From assembly GCA_965644295.1 (NCBI GenBank), contig CBFFRP010000146.1:434001-498000 (forward strand): DNA of 64,000 bases, written 5' to 3'. Source of the DNA: Paraphysomonas bandaiensis. Taxonomy: Eukaryota; Protista; Chrysophyceae. Within the stretch, counting starts at the first letter, position 1; every line of letters starts with the position of its first letter. The position numbers and the translations under genes are program-made. The notes below the pieces were generated by a model. That model was not told the DNA's origin. It searched no databases and saw only the letters and a list, made by a program, of their open reading frames with translations. Of this stretch, positions 22,931 to 37,900 are shown piece by piece.

Positions 22931-25900
22931 TTATCCCATTAGTATTCCACTAGCTCCAAAATGGATTGCTGTTAAAATTCCATGTCTCATTTCCTCTTCG
23001 GTTCTGTAGTCTGGCAACTCGATAGAAAAGAAGCACGTATGAGCCACCGGTAGTTTCTCAGACCCTCTCGAAGTAAGCTTCATTCTAACAGTGAACTCCT
23101 TAGCTGGAGGTAGTCTCGAACGTCCCCACGCAAACCTTACGAACCCTTCCTGCTCTTTCGGAGTTAAGGATTCAATGACTTTCCAGAAAAGCTCAAGTGT
23201 TTTCGGTGGAAGGGAACTATCTGTATGAGCCTTCCATACGTCAATATCAAACACTGGGTTGCCCCCTACCAATACCTCAACTTGCTGCCATGAAAACAGA
23301 TGCAGTACTCTCATCTGAATTACTCCCTCCATTCCTCGAGCCATTGCTTCAATCTGACTATCACACTCAGATAGACGCTTCTCGAGAACCTTATCACAGT
23401 ACGACTCCTTCGTCTCGTACGTAACTATAACATCGCTTCCACCCTCAAATAACTCTCGCTCCACGCCATCACATCCTGTGTAGGTAAATCGCAACTTATC
23501 CCCGTATTTTTCCTGGAAGAGCTCTTGACTCGTTATGCCGTCCGCATCACAGTACCTTACTGTTTCCAGAAGCGTGCAGGTGATGGCGTCCATTGAGCGC
23601 AGGTCCTCTATAGTTACTTCCTCACGGAGGATCTTTTTCCAAACCAAAGATGGAAAATTAAACGGTAGGGCTAGCTTGGCACGAATCGACATGGCCATCA
23701 ACTTCCCTACGAATTCCATCATCTGCAATGCCATTGGCGTGTTGTGACGGGGGTTAGGAACATAACTGTCCATGTTAACATGCACCGAGTGCTGCCCGTT
23801 AGGACATAATACCATCAGATTGAAATGTTGATCATCGAACAGATCCTCAACGATTCGGGTTATCCCCTCTCTGAACACTCCGCCGGCGTCTATTCCGCTT
23901 TCGCCCTCGAAATGAATCTGAAAGACTCGGTCGCTGTTGAATATATACCGATATATCCGTGCATCGCATTTATGTAGCTGTCGGAATGCCTGCACGAAGC
24001 AGTTATTCGACTCTGTCGGCTCCACCTCACCTCGGTCTTTGCTTAGTGTTGCTTTAAAATTGTCCAGGTTCAAGTGTGCGGGTAAACCGGTGCCACCGCT
24101 CATACTGGAGTCGATCGATTTCTGTAGCATTGGTTGCTTCACATTAATGAAGACATACTTATTCAGCTTTCGGATTAAGGCCCCCAACGATAAAGGGTCG
24201 GGGTTGGAGGTATTAATTACAGGAAGAATATGTTTAAGTGTTGAGTTAAACGCACATAATATCATCGCCCTGGATTGAATTTCCAATAGGTTGTAGTCAG
24301 CCAAGACATGTGAATGGTACGTCATAAATTTGCGAGTAGGACACCACTGTAATGGATGCAGATTCATTTTGTCGGAGTCAGTCTGAGTGTTAAAAAGTTC
24401 AAGTAAACAGTCATCAGCGCTTCGAGACCAGCGCTGCATTGCACACCAAAGATGCATCGGTGTCCATCTTTTTTCTAAAATTGCCTGGTTAAGCAGGGTT
24501 TCAAACTTCTCACTAGCAGAAAACACACCCTCGGCAGTTAACACAATGCAGTCGGATTCGCTATCGGGATCGTGGGATTTCTGTGACGAGGGTGCGGCTT
24601 CCGCCTGTGCAGCAGCTGTGTCCTCAGATATGACGCGAGAAAGCTCCGAACTGACCTCTCTTATAGATACTGCTGGTATTGTGTCAGTCTCCTGCATGGG
24701 TACTGCAGGTGATGGTATGTCACTCCGAGGCTCATTTTCCTCTTCCAAATCCGGTCCACTTCCTTCGTCAGGAGTATACAAATTGGACTCCTCTGTGGCA
24801 AGTCTCTGCAACTCGGGAACATCAGGGCCATTAGGCGGGGCAGTGGATGGAGCTTCGACTCCACGAGCGAACCCACAGATATCACAGCTGTAACAAAAAT
24901 TACTACATATGCTAAGTAACATAATGAATATACTACATACTTGGGGTTGTCAATGGGATTCATGAAGGTACATCGTGCACATATCCAAACCGCATACTCG
25001 GCTGGGCTAGATGGAGCATCGGTATTAGATACAATAATATTTCCATCTTCATCCTCGGTGCGAGACGGCTCACGAGAGGGGTTTTCAGTGCCACACATAT
25101 CACAGCGCGATCGAAAGAACTCATTACTAAAAGTGCACAATGGGCAGCTCCAACTAACTTCTGCAGGCACCGGAGTTGGAGGTGTCGAGCGTTTACTCTC
25201 TTGCGCCTCCGGTTCCTTGGATTCGAACTCTTCCTTCATATCTTCAGTCCCCTCACCTGTCTCCTCAACAGGTGTTTGGTACTTCACTTGAATTGAATAT
25301 AATGAGTATTTGGCTTTACTTCCGGACACTGTGTGCTCAATTGTACAGCCCTCCGTGACATGTACCAGGTGTCCATGTTGGTCATCTGTAAAGAGATATG
25401 TTAGGCTAACACATATTTTACCACTTCTTCTTACCGTTCTCTAATGCGGAACGCAACTGCAGTACGTAAACCCGATGGCTATGATTGCTCTGCTTCCTGA
25501 CAGCGTCAGATTTCTCATCGGGGCTTTTCTTTGATCGCTGCACAGTAACTTTCAGCTTCTGGCAAAATGGGACAGTAAGCACTCCTGTTTCTTCCATTCT
25601 TCCTCGGGTAACTACATCTGCCATTTGGTCTGAATCTAATGGAGCCCCATTTCCTAGATTTTTTCCAACCGCTTCTTCCGCCGTGGCGGAGGGACTGGGA
25701 GGCACCGTTGGAAGGATAAGTAGGTTATCATGATTCCCATCCGTAGTGACATCTAGACCGCGGGCGCAATCACTCTCTCTGACGCAAGGCGGACTGCTCT
25801 TCACATACAGCGACTGCGATACTGTTTCATAAATAGACCCTTCAGACGATATAACGGCGCTCCATCCCCAGTACATATCAGCATCTGAGGTTTCTGAATT

Positions 25901-28900
25901 TACCCCTTTCGGGGGAGTGACTGTAAATTCAATAATTACTTCAGATCCGACGAAAGCAATTGGGCGACATTTACGATCTCCGATATCCGTGCCAGCATAT
26001 GTGACTAGGTGCTTCGAATTATCTGAAAATGTTAGGCTTGAGTTTGGGCCTAAAGAAGACCGGCAATCCAAAGTGACATATATCATACTCGCACATGGAA
26101 TAGAAACGACCTTTCTGTAGCTGTATGCCACAGCATCGCAATATGGGTGAAAACTCTGCTGAATGTCACAAGCCCTGAGATGTTTATACCAGTTCGAGAA
26201 TATCATTTGAGGAGGAATGCAGTTCGCTGAGGCACTGGATTCCGGTGTACATGAATCCATACGGTCAATGGAATTCAAGAACTCTTTCACATCACGTATC
26301 TGTTTGAGTATCTGCGTTTTAGTCGCAAGGGCATGTTCCGTAGTTTCTTTGCTTAATAAGCGATGCTTTGCAACCAGTTCAGCTGGTGCTATTCTTTCAT
26401 ACCAGGGAGGTGACGATATCACAGAAACAACACTGTCTACATCAGTGCTCAACGAAACGCGACGTAGATCCCGTATAAATTCCGTGCTATCCTCAGGCAA
26501 AAGAGCCCTTACGTCATTAACAAGTATACATGGGTCCGTTGTGGCTTCAGTAGCAAAATCAACAAGTAAGAGCATAGTATCCGGTAACTGACCGAACTTG
26601 TCTCCACGACACTTCGAGTAGGCAATGTTAAGAATGCTCTTGCACATGTTTCGTATGGAGCTGATATCAATAGATATATTGAGTTGGATAGCAAGACGTA
26701 CCATCCGTATCATTATGGGAACCACTGCAACCCCATCGGGTGCTCTTTTAGAGCACATGTAAGCTACCAGTATATTAAACACACTCGACGTAAGGACGCG
26801 TTTTTGGCATTGCGGATGTCCAAGCATAAATTCCATTAAATTTATCGTCCATGTTAGGCTCGGAGTTTGCGACAAATCCTGTGCTTCATTAACCCATTCC
26901 CCATTAAGAACGTGCAACAAATCTCGTTTGAAAGTGAAACCGATGCCTGTGGTCGACAACCCATCGGATGACTTACGAGAAAACTCACGCTTATCGGAAG
27001 GACTTCCCATGAAATGTCCCATGCGATCCTTTACTTCCCATATGCTACACAGAGAGGTACCCTTTCCAGACGAGCTCGACTTGCTGCGAGATTTGAAGAT
27101 CCAGCTGCCAATTCCACAAGGCTGTAAAGCCCACAATGGAATACACGCACAGGCAGAAGCATTCGGTTTGGTGGTTCCTGGTGTTACAACGTCCCCTAGA
27201 GATGCAAAACCTTCGGGAGGAAGGGGTTTCCAAACAGTAAAATCATGCTTCGGATTGGAAAAAGCTTTCGAGTATCGTTTAATCTGTTTGCAGTGCTCAC
27301 TACTGACAAGAATAGCACCTCGTGGAGGGCGGTTTTCCCTCGTTACAATGTCACCGCAACTACGATATCCTGACACCTTTTTAGGACGCCAGAAGTACAA
27401 GACGGACGATTCTGCAACACCGTTACTGATCACTCCAGTTCCTTCTTCATTTGATGTCTTGAGTACAAACTCGAAATCCCTCGTGACAATGCAACTAAGT
27501 GAATTAAGCGGTCGGACTAAGAACTGATATCCCCAGTCTGAACCTGGGGTAATAATAGCATCCGATTGACTTTCTCGCAAGGGGTGCCACATTTCTCCCA
27601 GCTCAGATATCAAAGTTTCCGATGGAGGGAACGAAAATTCTGACTCGCCAAAATTAGGTGTAAATTTGGTATCATTGAATGATACAAATAGTGGCACATA
27701 TCCCTCCTCCGCCATTTCAACTTCAACAGCAGGCGACCACGAACCATTCACAGCAAACCAAACGAGACAAACAGAATCTTTCGCCGAAAACAGACAACTA
27801 ATAACATCACCATTACTCCAATGTCTCGAATCGGCGGCGGCGATTGATTTTCCATTAACCACGATATTGGACGTCACTGTCAAGAAACACATTTTCGACG
27901 AGCTACTATCCAAAACGTGTGGCTCCTTTGAAGATTCACCAATTCCGACGAACGAGTCAACATTGTCACTGCAGCCCATTGTGTTTAAACCACTCACTTT
28001 TACTTCAAAATACCAAGCACCCTTTTTCTTGCCATCGCAACCAGCTATGTAAGCCTCTAAATGCGGTTCGGGTTTGTCTGCCCCAGTACTACAATCGGAG
28101 AGCTTGCTTGAATTTTGATATTCAGTGCGTATCATGTGAATAGGGTCAGAAGTAAGACTGCTGGATTGGTATCTGTACGACAAATAAGTAGTTCCAGGAA
28201 GCACAAATGACTGAAATTTATTAGAATCGTCACCCTTGTGTCCCCAAAATGTTTTATACGCCGAGTTGGCATCAAAATCCTCCTTGGATATGTAGAATGA
28301 CAGGGTAGAGTTCTTCCCAGGTGTAGCACTACGCTTGTCGAAAACGATCATTGCGCCCCTCCATGTTTCTGGAATACGCACTTCTCCAGAACATGTGTGG
28401 TTCAAACGCACATGGTGCGGAGATGAGCAAAAAATAGATGACGACGTAGCGACTCCTTTCTGAACGAGTCCATTGCACTCAGCAGTTATATTTTCCAGTG
28501 TTGAGGATTGTGCTAACATGCCAAGGTTCCAGCTGATATCTTCCAACATAATGCCAACTACAGATTCGATGCTCATTGGAGGTTCGATACCAGCCGCGAC
28601 AGCAGGCTGCAGGACATCGCCAACACGAGCGCGAGAGACCACAGATTCACAAAGCTTACGCAATAAAGTCTTGAACCCATTTACAGTGTTCTCTGCGCGC
28701 ATGATATATTTCATCAACACCAGCCACTTACCCTTCGCATTTGAGTCGCTGACCAGATTCAGACTTCCATCCGTAATCATACGAGAGGTTATCTGTCGCA
28801 AGCGTAAGACAATCACCGCCGTGTCTAAAGATTGAGAAAATGATGGGAAAAGTTCGATTCTTTCCTCGTAGAGCCTCGATACTACTGAACTCTCTGAACG

Positions 28901-31900
28901 AGGCACGTTTTGATAGAAAGATACCCCGAGTTCATCATCGCAGTACATTACTATTACCTCTTCTCCTTCACCATCACACATACATATGTCAAGGCGGCTA
29001 TTCATGTCTTCAAGGGCCCCCTCTTCCTCTGCATGGCATATAATGTCTCCCACACTGACTCTGATATGTGTCTGTTGCTTTGTGTCTGAAGACGACGAAT
29101 GAGACAATCTCGACACGCTGCAAGCGTACGGTACATTGCCAACACTACCCGCAGTATCAACGGAGGGTCGACCATCCTCGCCAAGAGAGTACTCAGAGTG
29201 TCGACATACAGTGTCTTCACTGAATGCAATCTGAGCCGGCACATCCATCGCATCAAAGAGTGGTGTCGGTACACACTCGCTATCGCTCTCTAAACTACTA
29301 ATAGCCGCAGCTTTATCGTTTGAAAAAAATTCTAACCTAGCGAGGCAAATATCTATTGGTAGTTCCATGGTGACGGCAATGTCACTGGCTACTTTAATTC
29401 GACTTTCCAGTGAATTACTGTCATATACAAGTACATTATTATCAGAGGGTCCTTCCTGAGTACGTGAAGTGTCACCAGCATCAGGAGTGGCACCGCTGGG
29501 TGACAATTCGGCAGCAGTTTTCCCCTGCTCCTGCAATTGTCGACATCCATCATCCACAACAGGCGTACGGGCAATGCAGCCACAGTTGGACTCGATAATT
29601 CTGCTCTGTGCAAATCGCCACATTGTACACACTTCAGACAAAGACGGTGAATGACTAAGCTTTACTCGGATCATAGAACCCTCCACGATGTACTTCATCA
29701 CATCATCACAATCTTGCAAAACATCAACAATTACATCGGGCTGTTTCTCCAGCAGAACAGATATTGTTGTGCACGCCACAGCGGTTAAACGGTTCATTTG
29801 TGAATTTAATATACAACGATCGAAATCACCATTCCATTTATCATCATTGCACTTCTTAAACCAATGCAGCAATTCTTTTAATAGCTTAACGAGTTCATCT
29901 AACGTAGGTTGCGAGAGTGTTGATAAGTCCAAATTAACTCCTTCAAGTACAGGTTGTATACTGGATATAGAAACATACTCCCCATTAATGTAGGAGCAGC
30001 TACTTTGGCCACTTCCAGAGTGAGACCATATGACGTAGGCCTTGTCAGTTGCATCATCCCACGATATTACCCAGCCAATATCCCCTCGCTTACTGCATAT
30101 CTTTGCCCCAGGACGAAGTGTACCAATCCCACAAAGAACCGTACAGGCAGCAGCCGTAACTCCTAAATCATGAACCTCCTCTTTGGATAGACTGTTGTCC
30201 TCGGATGACACATTCAATTTATGTACAATTTCTACTCCAGAACGGATTGCATCCGTGATACTACAAGCCACAACTTCAGTCCACAAAGGGGCAACAAATA
30301 AACTCCGAATGAAAGCAGCAGCATGATCGGCAGAAGCCAAGAATAATCTACCAAAACCGATTGGCACATTGTAGCCGGAATCTAAAGCCATGTCAGCACA
30401 CTGCGGTACCGCGATTCCACGAGAGAGAAACTCCTTTCTCCAAGATATTTCGCTTGGTCCAGCAAGTGCATGCGTTATTCGGGCCAACAATGAGCGCACA
30501 ACTACATCCGGCATCACTCTATTTTTCCTCTTGCTACAATACACATTAGGGGAAATTTTATCTGCTGAGATACCGTATGCTCTATCTGCTAATTCTGGAG
30601 AAATTTGAGGAAGGCAATGCGAAAGGAGGTTTAATACCATTCGCTGGATACGCGGAGACCCTACTCGAGATATGGTGAGTAGTGCATGCAAATTAGTTGG
30701 GGTGCATATTTCATCTCGAAGGGATTTGGAGTACGGCAATAGTGAATTAAACGAGAATAAATGCTTCCCAAGAAAGTATTCAACCTCGTGTACTTCCATC
30801 ATTGCATCCACGGAGCTCGAAACGCAATTAGGTTTCATACCACGGCGCAAGAATTCCGAAGCACTCAAACTGGCAAAAGAAAAATCGGGAGATCCCAGTG
30901 GCGTAGCTGCAAGCACAGGGAGTTGGAAGGGAGTATTTCCATCCACTTGGATCTTCTCATACGCACGCTCCAGGTATTGAGCACCAAGGAGTACTTCGAG
31001 CATGGACGACGCAGCAATGATTTCCTGAAGCTTCAAACTATCTTCGATCGTACAAAACCGAGGAGTTCCAAATACAGAGGTTTCTGATTGATTTCTCTTC
31101 ACGATAGGGTCATTGGCAGGGGCTTCATCGTCCATCTTGCTGCGGCCATCACTATCGCATTCAATATCGGCAGGTTCAACTTTCACCGAGTTCGAATTAC
31201 AATCGGAACAAGACGATGATAAAATAAACCTCAACAGAGCCCACGCATAGTTTCGTAGACTTGTGAATTCATGCATATGCATGGTAGCTCTACTAACAGC
31301 TTTATTCCTGCGGATGTACTCCTTTCTGCACCACTCGATGCTTCTGTAGCTGTTCTCATCTTTAGTTTCGCATAATACCGTTTCTTCTTTCTCTTCGTTC
31401 GCATCACCATGAGAAGCTCGTCGTAACTTCATATTGTATGCAGCTAATAGACGAATCTGCATGTCTGAAACACTTCCCGTTGCAGGTTCGTTGAAAGACT
31501 CCAAAGTCATTACAAGTTCAGATTCAGAAAGTTTTAAAACTTTTTCAGCAGTCCATTCGACGACGGAATCTCCTGACGATGCAGTGTGTTGAACATCCAA
31601 AAAAGCATCTTGTCTCGCTTCCTTTGCTCTTTCAGCACGTATACTGGCAGCAGCAGGGTGAATATGCACCTCAGGACCGTTGTATCTAAATTCTGTCACT
31701 CCAAAATTTAATCGAACCCGCTGAAGAATATTCGGGGCATGAAAAGACACTACAGGACGAAGCTTGTCATTGTCTACCTCTCTAAACCCATCACCGAGAA
31801 AATTGCCATTGTGCGTATAGAAAATTGATCTCCTTGAAAAATCTATACCACACCCGATGACGTCCCCATCTTTCCACGTGGGCCACATCGCCGACGTACT

Positions 31901-34900
31901 TCCTATCCCAAATCTCCGCCCGTCATCGCCGTGATATCCATACGAGTGAGGATCCCAACCAGGCATTTCACCAGAAACGGGAAAAATTCCATCCACCGCC
32001 AGGCCAATCCCTATATCTTTATGTCCTGCATTTAGTATTGTAACCTCGAAATAATTCCCTGTTTTTTCTATATCTGGCTCAGATAGATTGTATGTTATCT
32101 CCACATATGAGCTGGCAACTCGATATCCAGACTGAATATTACGAATGCCAATAACCTGATCAGCATCTTCCATAAATAACTCACTACTTTGGTTGGCAGG
32201 ATCAAATAATGGAACTCCTGCATCTCGGAGGCGCTGCTTTTCTCTCATATCCTCCTTTTCCCTCGCCTCGGTATGAGAGGCCCTCGCTATATCCAGTGCT
32301 TTTTGTCGGCGCTCCTCTCTTCGACGAAATATCTGTAGTATCCTCTCATACAATAAAGAAAGGCTTGATACATCATAGGTAAGACACAATTCTTTCAGAG
32401 ACATACTACTGGGCATATTGAGGAACTCTTTGTCCTTCGTGGTCAAAATACCAGATGGTGCCTGGCTGATGTGATAGAGGAGGGCCCTGGAGCTCAACTT
32501 TCCGTACCGCAACCCACTCTGAACATACGATGATGACCATGGCTTCCATGATCTTTGAATACTTCCACACTCATCAATACGACATCCATATTGAGATAAA
32601 AATTCCAGCATAGAAGAAGCAGCAGTCAGCCAATTATTAACTGCCTTTTCATACATTTCAAAGGAAACCAGTCTGTGCAAACTAGGCAGCAGCGAACACT
32701 TCATCAGAAATCTATGATCTCTACTAGAGAATCGAAGACCCCATGATGATAACATAACAAATATTGCACTCAGTGTTGCGTGCGAATCATTGGCTCCAAT
32801 TGAGTCACCCATGTGACCATTGCGCACACCTTTCGAAGGCCCCAAGTCCCACGACTGAATATAGCGGTCCATCAGTTTCGACAGACTTGAGTATAAGTCA
32901 AGGAATGATGATTGTACATTGGCAAGGACGCGCCCTGTACAGCCTTCCAATGATGTCAGGTAATGCAGATTAGGAACATCAGGTATCGGTGCTTGAACGG
33001 AAGGGGCATAGTTGGGGTATAAAGATGAACGGAGAAATAACAATGTCTCTTCAATGCTGAAAGGGTCCGCCACAACATCGGGTATATTCAAAACAGTATT
33101 TAACATGTCAAGCGCAAATGTCCTGCACTGTGCCCTTTTATTCCTCCGGACGAAGACCCCTTTGAGTGAAGAAAGAGAAATGTTACAACTGTCACCCGGC
33201 GCAACAATAAACATATAACATTCTTGAAGCGTTTTTTGCGCCACCGATATGTCATCATTGTCGTCCTCCTGGTCCAATTCAGGGATTACTTCTTCGTATA
33301 TAATTCCACCGCGACGGAGGCCATCTCGCCCATACGTAGAATCAGAATCCTTACTGACAGATGACAGAGTGTCAGAGGAATGCTCTCTCCGAATTTTCTT
33401 CTGCACGCGGAGCACATCACTCACATTTTTCCACCGATCATGTGAGTCCTCTGATCGCCATCGCGCAAGTTTAATTCCACTGAAGCTCCCATATTTCCCG
33501 TCTGTGTGAGCATCAATAAGAGTTGATAAATCAAAACTCCCTTCTGGATTTCTACTGTCCGGAGCAGATGGCACCAGGGCAAGTAAAAATTTTGCTTTAT
33601 CTATCAAAACCTGACAGTATTGTTCAAATGACTTCGGCGTTGTGTCGATTTCAGCTGTCTCGGATGCAACTTCACTACCGACTCCACTCTCCGCACCACC
33701 ATTCCGCTTAAATATCTCTGACTCAGGAGTATGCAAAATGCACGGAGTGAAGCCCTTATCGCCGTATTCAAGTATAAAGTCTGAGAGAGAAAGACACTGA
33801 GGGGTCAAGGCCAAACTATGACTTTCCGATATATTAAACCTCAAGCAGCCAGCGATCTCTAAGCTTTCAGGGGACGGGCTGGAAGTTCCAATGGCATTGA
33901 AAGCGGGATTTACAATTGTTATTCCATTGATTATAAGCTTTGATGATGTTGGAGACATCAAATCACGTGAACCATTGTTAATTTGAACAACTATACGGAC
34001 ATATACGTATTGCTTTCCATAGTCTATGCCCATTGACGCAATTCTACATATCACTGTTGATGGAGCAGAGGAGTTAGTTTGATTCAATAAACGGCATACC
34101 ATTCCCCGTGACATTGTTATCCATTCGACATTATCTCCTATTTCGAAGGCATCATACGGTTGATTCAGCAGCGTTGCTACATCTCCACTGATTTCATATT
34201 CCCTAAACTCATCTGTGGGTGGAGGTGTTACCGCATCAGAATTGCTACGTAGGTTTCTAATCAGTGATTCGTCGTGCCTATTATCCCCCCCGCCTCTATC
34301 TTCTGACGGCATCTGCTCCACTATTTCGGCACTGGCATCCTCGTTTATGACAAGAGAACTAGCCATAAACTCTTGTCGTTTCTTTCGCAGTTGAGTCCTA
34401 AGCTGCTTAATTTTCATCCATAAGGTAACCATATCGCCACTGGGTTTGATATCAACATTGCTACTATTGCCAGAACAAGAGGTACTCTCACGGAGAGCCT
34501 CACAAACTTGCCGAGCTTCCTCAACGAGTGACGCATGCTTGAGCATACACGCGATTACAGGGAGTTCACACGAGAGAAATGAGTATGAACCCGACTTCTT
34601 GAGAGTCTGTCTGAGGAGAGGGGGGTCTGGAAGTATGCGCTCAAGCCACTCTACAAATAACAGAGGAACACTGGCCCCAGTAAGCCCCGTTGATGAAGTC
34701 TCACAAACAAACGTCTGCAAAAACTCCGCTACCGTTGAATTGTAATTCTGTAAAGCAGTGAAAGCAGCATTTTGTTGGGGCTTATTTGGACTATCACTGT
34801 CCTGCTCCAACAATGGTGATATGTAAGATTTCGACTCCCCCCAAGCCTCACACCACGTTTTACTCATTTCAGGTAAAATTGTGCTACAATCTGCAATCGA

Positions 34901-37900
34901 CATACTGTCATCAATACCACCTACAAGCAGCGAACTCTTTGTCCACTGCCATAATTCGGACTCACATTTGTCTATCGGCGGTCCTACTAATTGAGATGCG
35001 ATGGTGCGTCCAACTACCGATGCTAATGTTTTTTGTACAAACAGAGCCATGGGAAGAACTGTAGATCCATGGAATCCACCAGCCCGCAACCTGAGGGACT
35101 GATCTGGAGATGATATGGATGCTGCTGGATACACTGAATTAAAGTCCAACACGGACGAAGAGGAAGAAGACGGTGACGACACTTTGCCATCTGGGATATA
35201 GAAAATAGCCGCTGGTCTAGTGTTCAGAGGGCCAAATGCCACACCAGCGTACTCACCATTCACACAGTATCCGACAGTCTTGTTATGTAAATTTACACGT
35301 ACTGTTACAGTGCTATATTTGCCAAGTGGTAGAAACTGAGTACCATACTTGTCGCATTTCTTCTCGCCATTAATCCACAGTGACCCATCAGTGCACCAAG
35401 CCAATGCTGTGATATCATTGTCCGCGTAACTATAAGATGATCTTTCTCTTTGGATAGATGGAGGCTGTGATTCGACGCTTGTGCCTCGGGAAAACGTGCC
35501 ACAATGTACATCTTGTGAGTCCGTCACTTCTTCTGAGCCATCACGCGCGCCATTAACTGAACGTAAGAGCTGGACTTGAGGCAAAGTAGGAGACTCTGCC
35601 GGAGTTGATGTTCTCGACAACGTTGGTCTTACTGGTGGGAGGTCTTGAGAGGGATATGACTCAAGGGAGCGGCCGTCATCACTAGGGTTCGGTATATTGG
35701 TGAAGTCATCATCAGAGTCAGTAGTCTCCGCTGCTAAAATATCGCTCGCTTGAATTATAGTATCGTCGACATCATCTCGGTCATCGTCAGCATCTACTGT
35801 GGCAACAGATATCCGAGGAGACATTACACGCCTTGATGCGGCCGGAGGGAGACTAAAAGGAGACAGACTCGAATGTAAATCACTTTGAGGATTCGGAACT
35901 TTCGGATGTTTTACGCGATCACTGATACTTTCATTTCCGTAACATTCGCCAGCCAACATATCAGATGCACTGGGTGACCCACCCATGACAATTCCAAATG
36001 CCATCGCTGATTCCGTCTGTTCTAATACCTCAAAACTCCATGCGTGCACTCCTTCTGACGCTCCTCTATCTCCTCTCGCAGTCAACCAATGAAGTTCATT
36101 TACAGATTCTGAGGTAGACTCCAAACTTTTTTTAGCATCACTCGAGTAGGCTAGGACTGACGCATCTTTGGTACTCACACAAGCACTGTCAACAACCCAC
36201 TTGACACAATCTGCAGGCCGTACATCATCTTCATCATCGCTAAGCAGCCCGGATGATCCATACACCTCAACCTTCAACAGCCTTATCTTAGTATTGTTCC
36301 TATAGCTACCACAGCAAGGGTACACTTCGCCAACCACATCTGTGAAGGCGACTTCTAAATCAGACCCGTTTACACTATACGACAAAGTGCCCGCCCTCCC
36401 GTCGAATTCAACGCGCACTATATCTCCGGGGTGGATCTTACACATACTGATGCCTGTGGTTCGTCCTCGGCTGTATAAGTAGCCGTTGTACGCCCTGCGC
36501 ATATAGAGGTCCGACGATGCACTGTAGCACCTGTTCGTGATCGGCATATGTGCAGCGCCAAATACAGCACATTCATCATCCATAGAATCTGACTCTAACA
36601 AAAATTCCCATGCCGCTCGGCAGGATCCGGAAAACCCACACGTGGCGACCGCACACGTATTACTGGAGTGGATAGAAGTGTATAACGTGCCATCCTCACT
36701 GATAGCAAACGACGAATCTGAATCTTCAAAATGTGCCTTGATTTGTCTCCATCCGCTGGCATCATCAACAATAACTGTTGGCTTGCTGTAGCTGCGCTTC
36801 AAAGTTCTACTAATTAAATTTTGTGCAGTCTGACAAGTAGAAGAATTCTGTACCACCATTGAAACTCTTTCAAACACCCTTAAAATATGTGGGCATAAGG
36901 AACGTATCAAGTCAGTATGGTGCAAACAAAAACACAACACGTGAACCAAAGGAACAAAATGGACACACACAATAGACTCTTTGAGCCCGTCTTCGAATTC
37001 AAAAAATGTGCTGTCAGAGACATTCGATGACGAGGTACTACCCAGTAACTTCTCGGTGTAGTGCTGTAAGGCAATATCAGTGAAATAACACAACTCCAAG
37101 CAATACGCCAAAAATAGAGAATGGCTCCATTCTGTGTTGCATGCAGAACACGCATTCGAAGTGAGCTCCGATGTAGTATCTTTTTCCGATGCAATATCTA
37201 CTGCAATCTGCTGTTGAAACTTGCACAGCATTTGATCAAGGGATTTCTTCAATTTGGTGTTGTCATCTTCTATATTTCTTCCGCCAGACAAATTAATGAG
37301 CGGGTCTGTATAGAGCAATACACATAAACGAAGACATCTGCTTAAAAAAACAGACACAAATGAACACTCCGTTGAACGCTCCTTGTACAATTGAAGAAGC
37401 TTTACCACTTCGCTGCACCCAGATATTTTTTTCATAACTGTGCGCAACACAATAAATTTCGCTTCATCTGGCGAGTAGTCATCCGCGAACAACGCCCCAA
37501 TAAGGTCTGTTGCAGTTCTAACTTTGTCATCAATGCTCGTCAAAAATATTGGAATGCCTTGAGAAAACGTTTCTGCAGCGGCCACCCGGAGATCAGGACT
37601 TTTAGCAGCATGCATCAGCTGGGCCAACATGGCCCGTCCTTCCTCCAAAAGGGCATTCTTACCCGAGCTCAAGCCTAGCCCCACTTCAGTAGGATCCACT
37701 TCTGAGAGAGTCAAACAAGCAAATTCGCCGTTTAATATCCTGAGCAACGATATTGTCGCCTCTCGTGCACCTGCCTCATCGATCTTTCTCATAAACACGT
37801 GTAGTAAATGAAATATTTGCTCAAAAACTTCCCGCGAAACCTGCATACAGTAGGGGTACTCTAATGGCCGCTTCACCTCAGCTGACTTGGTTGGTTGCAT

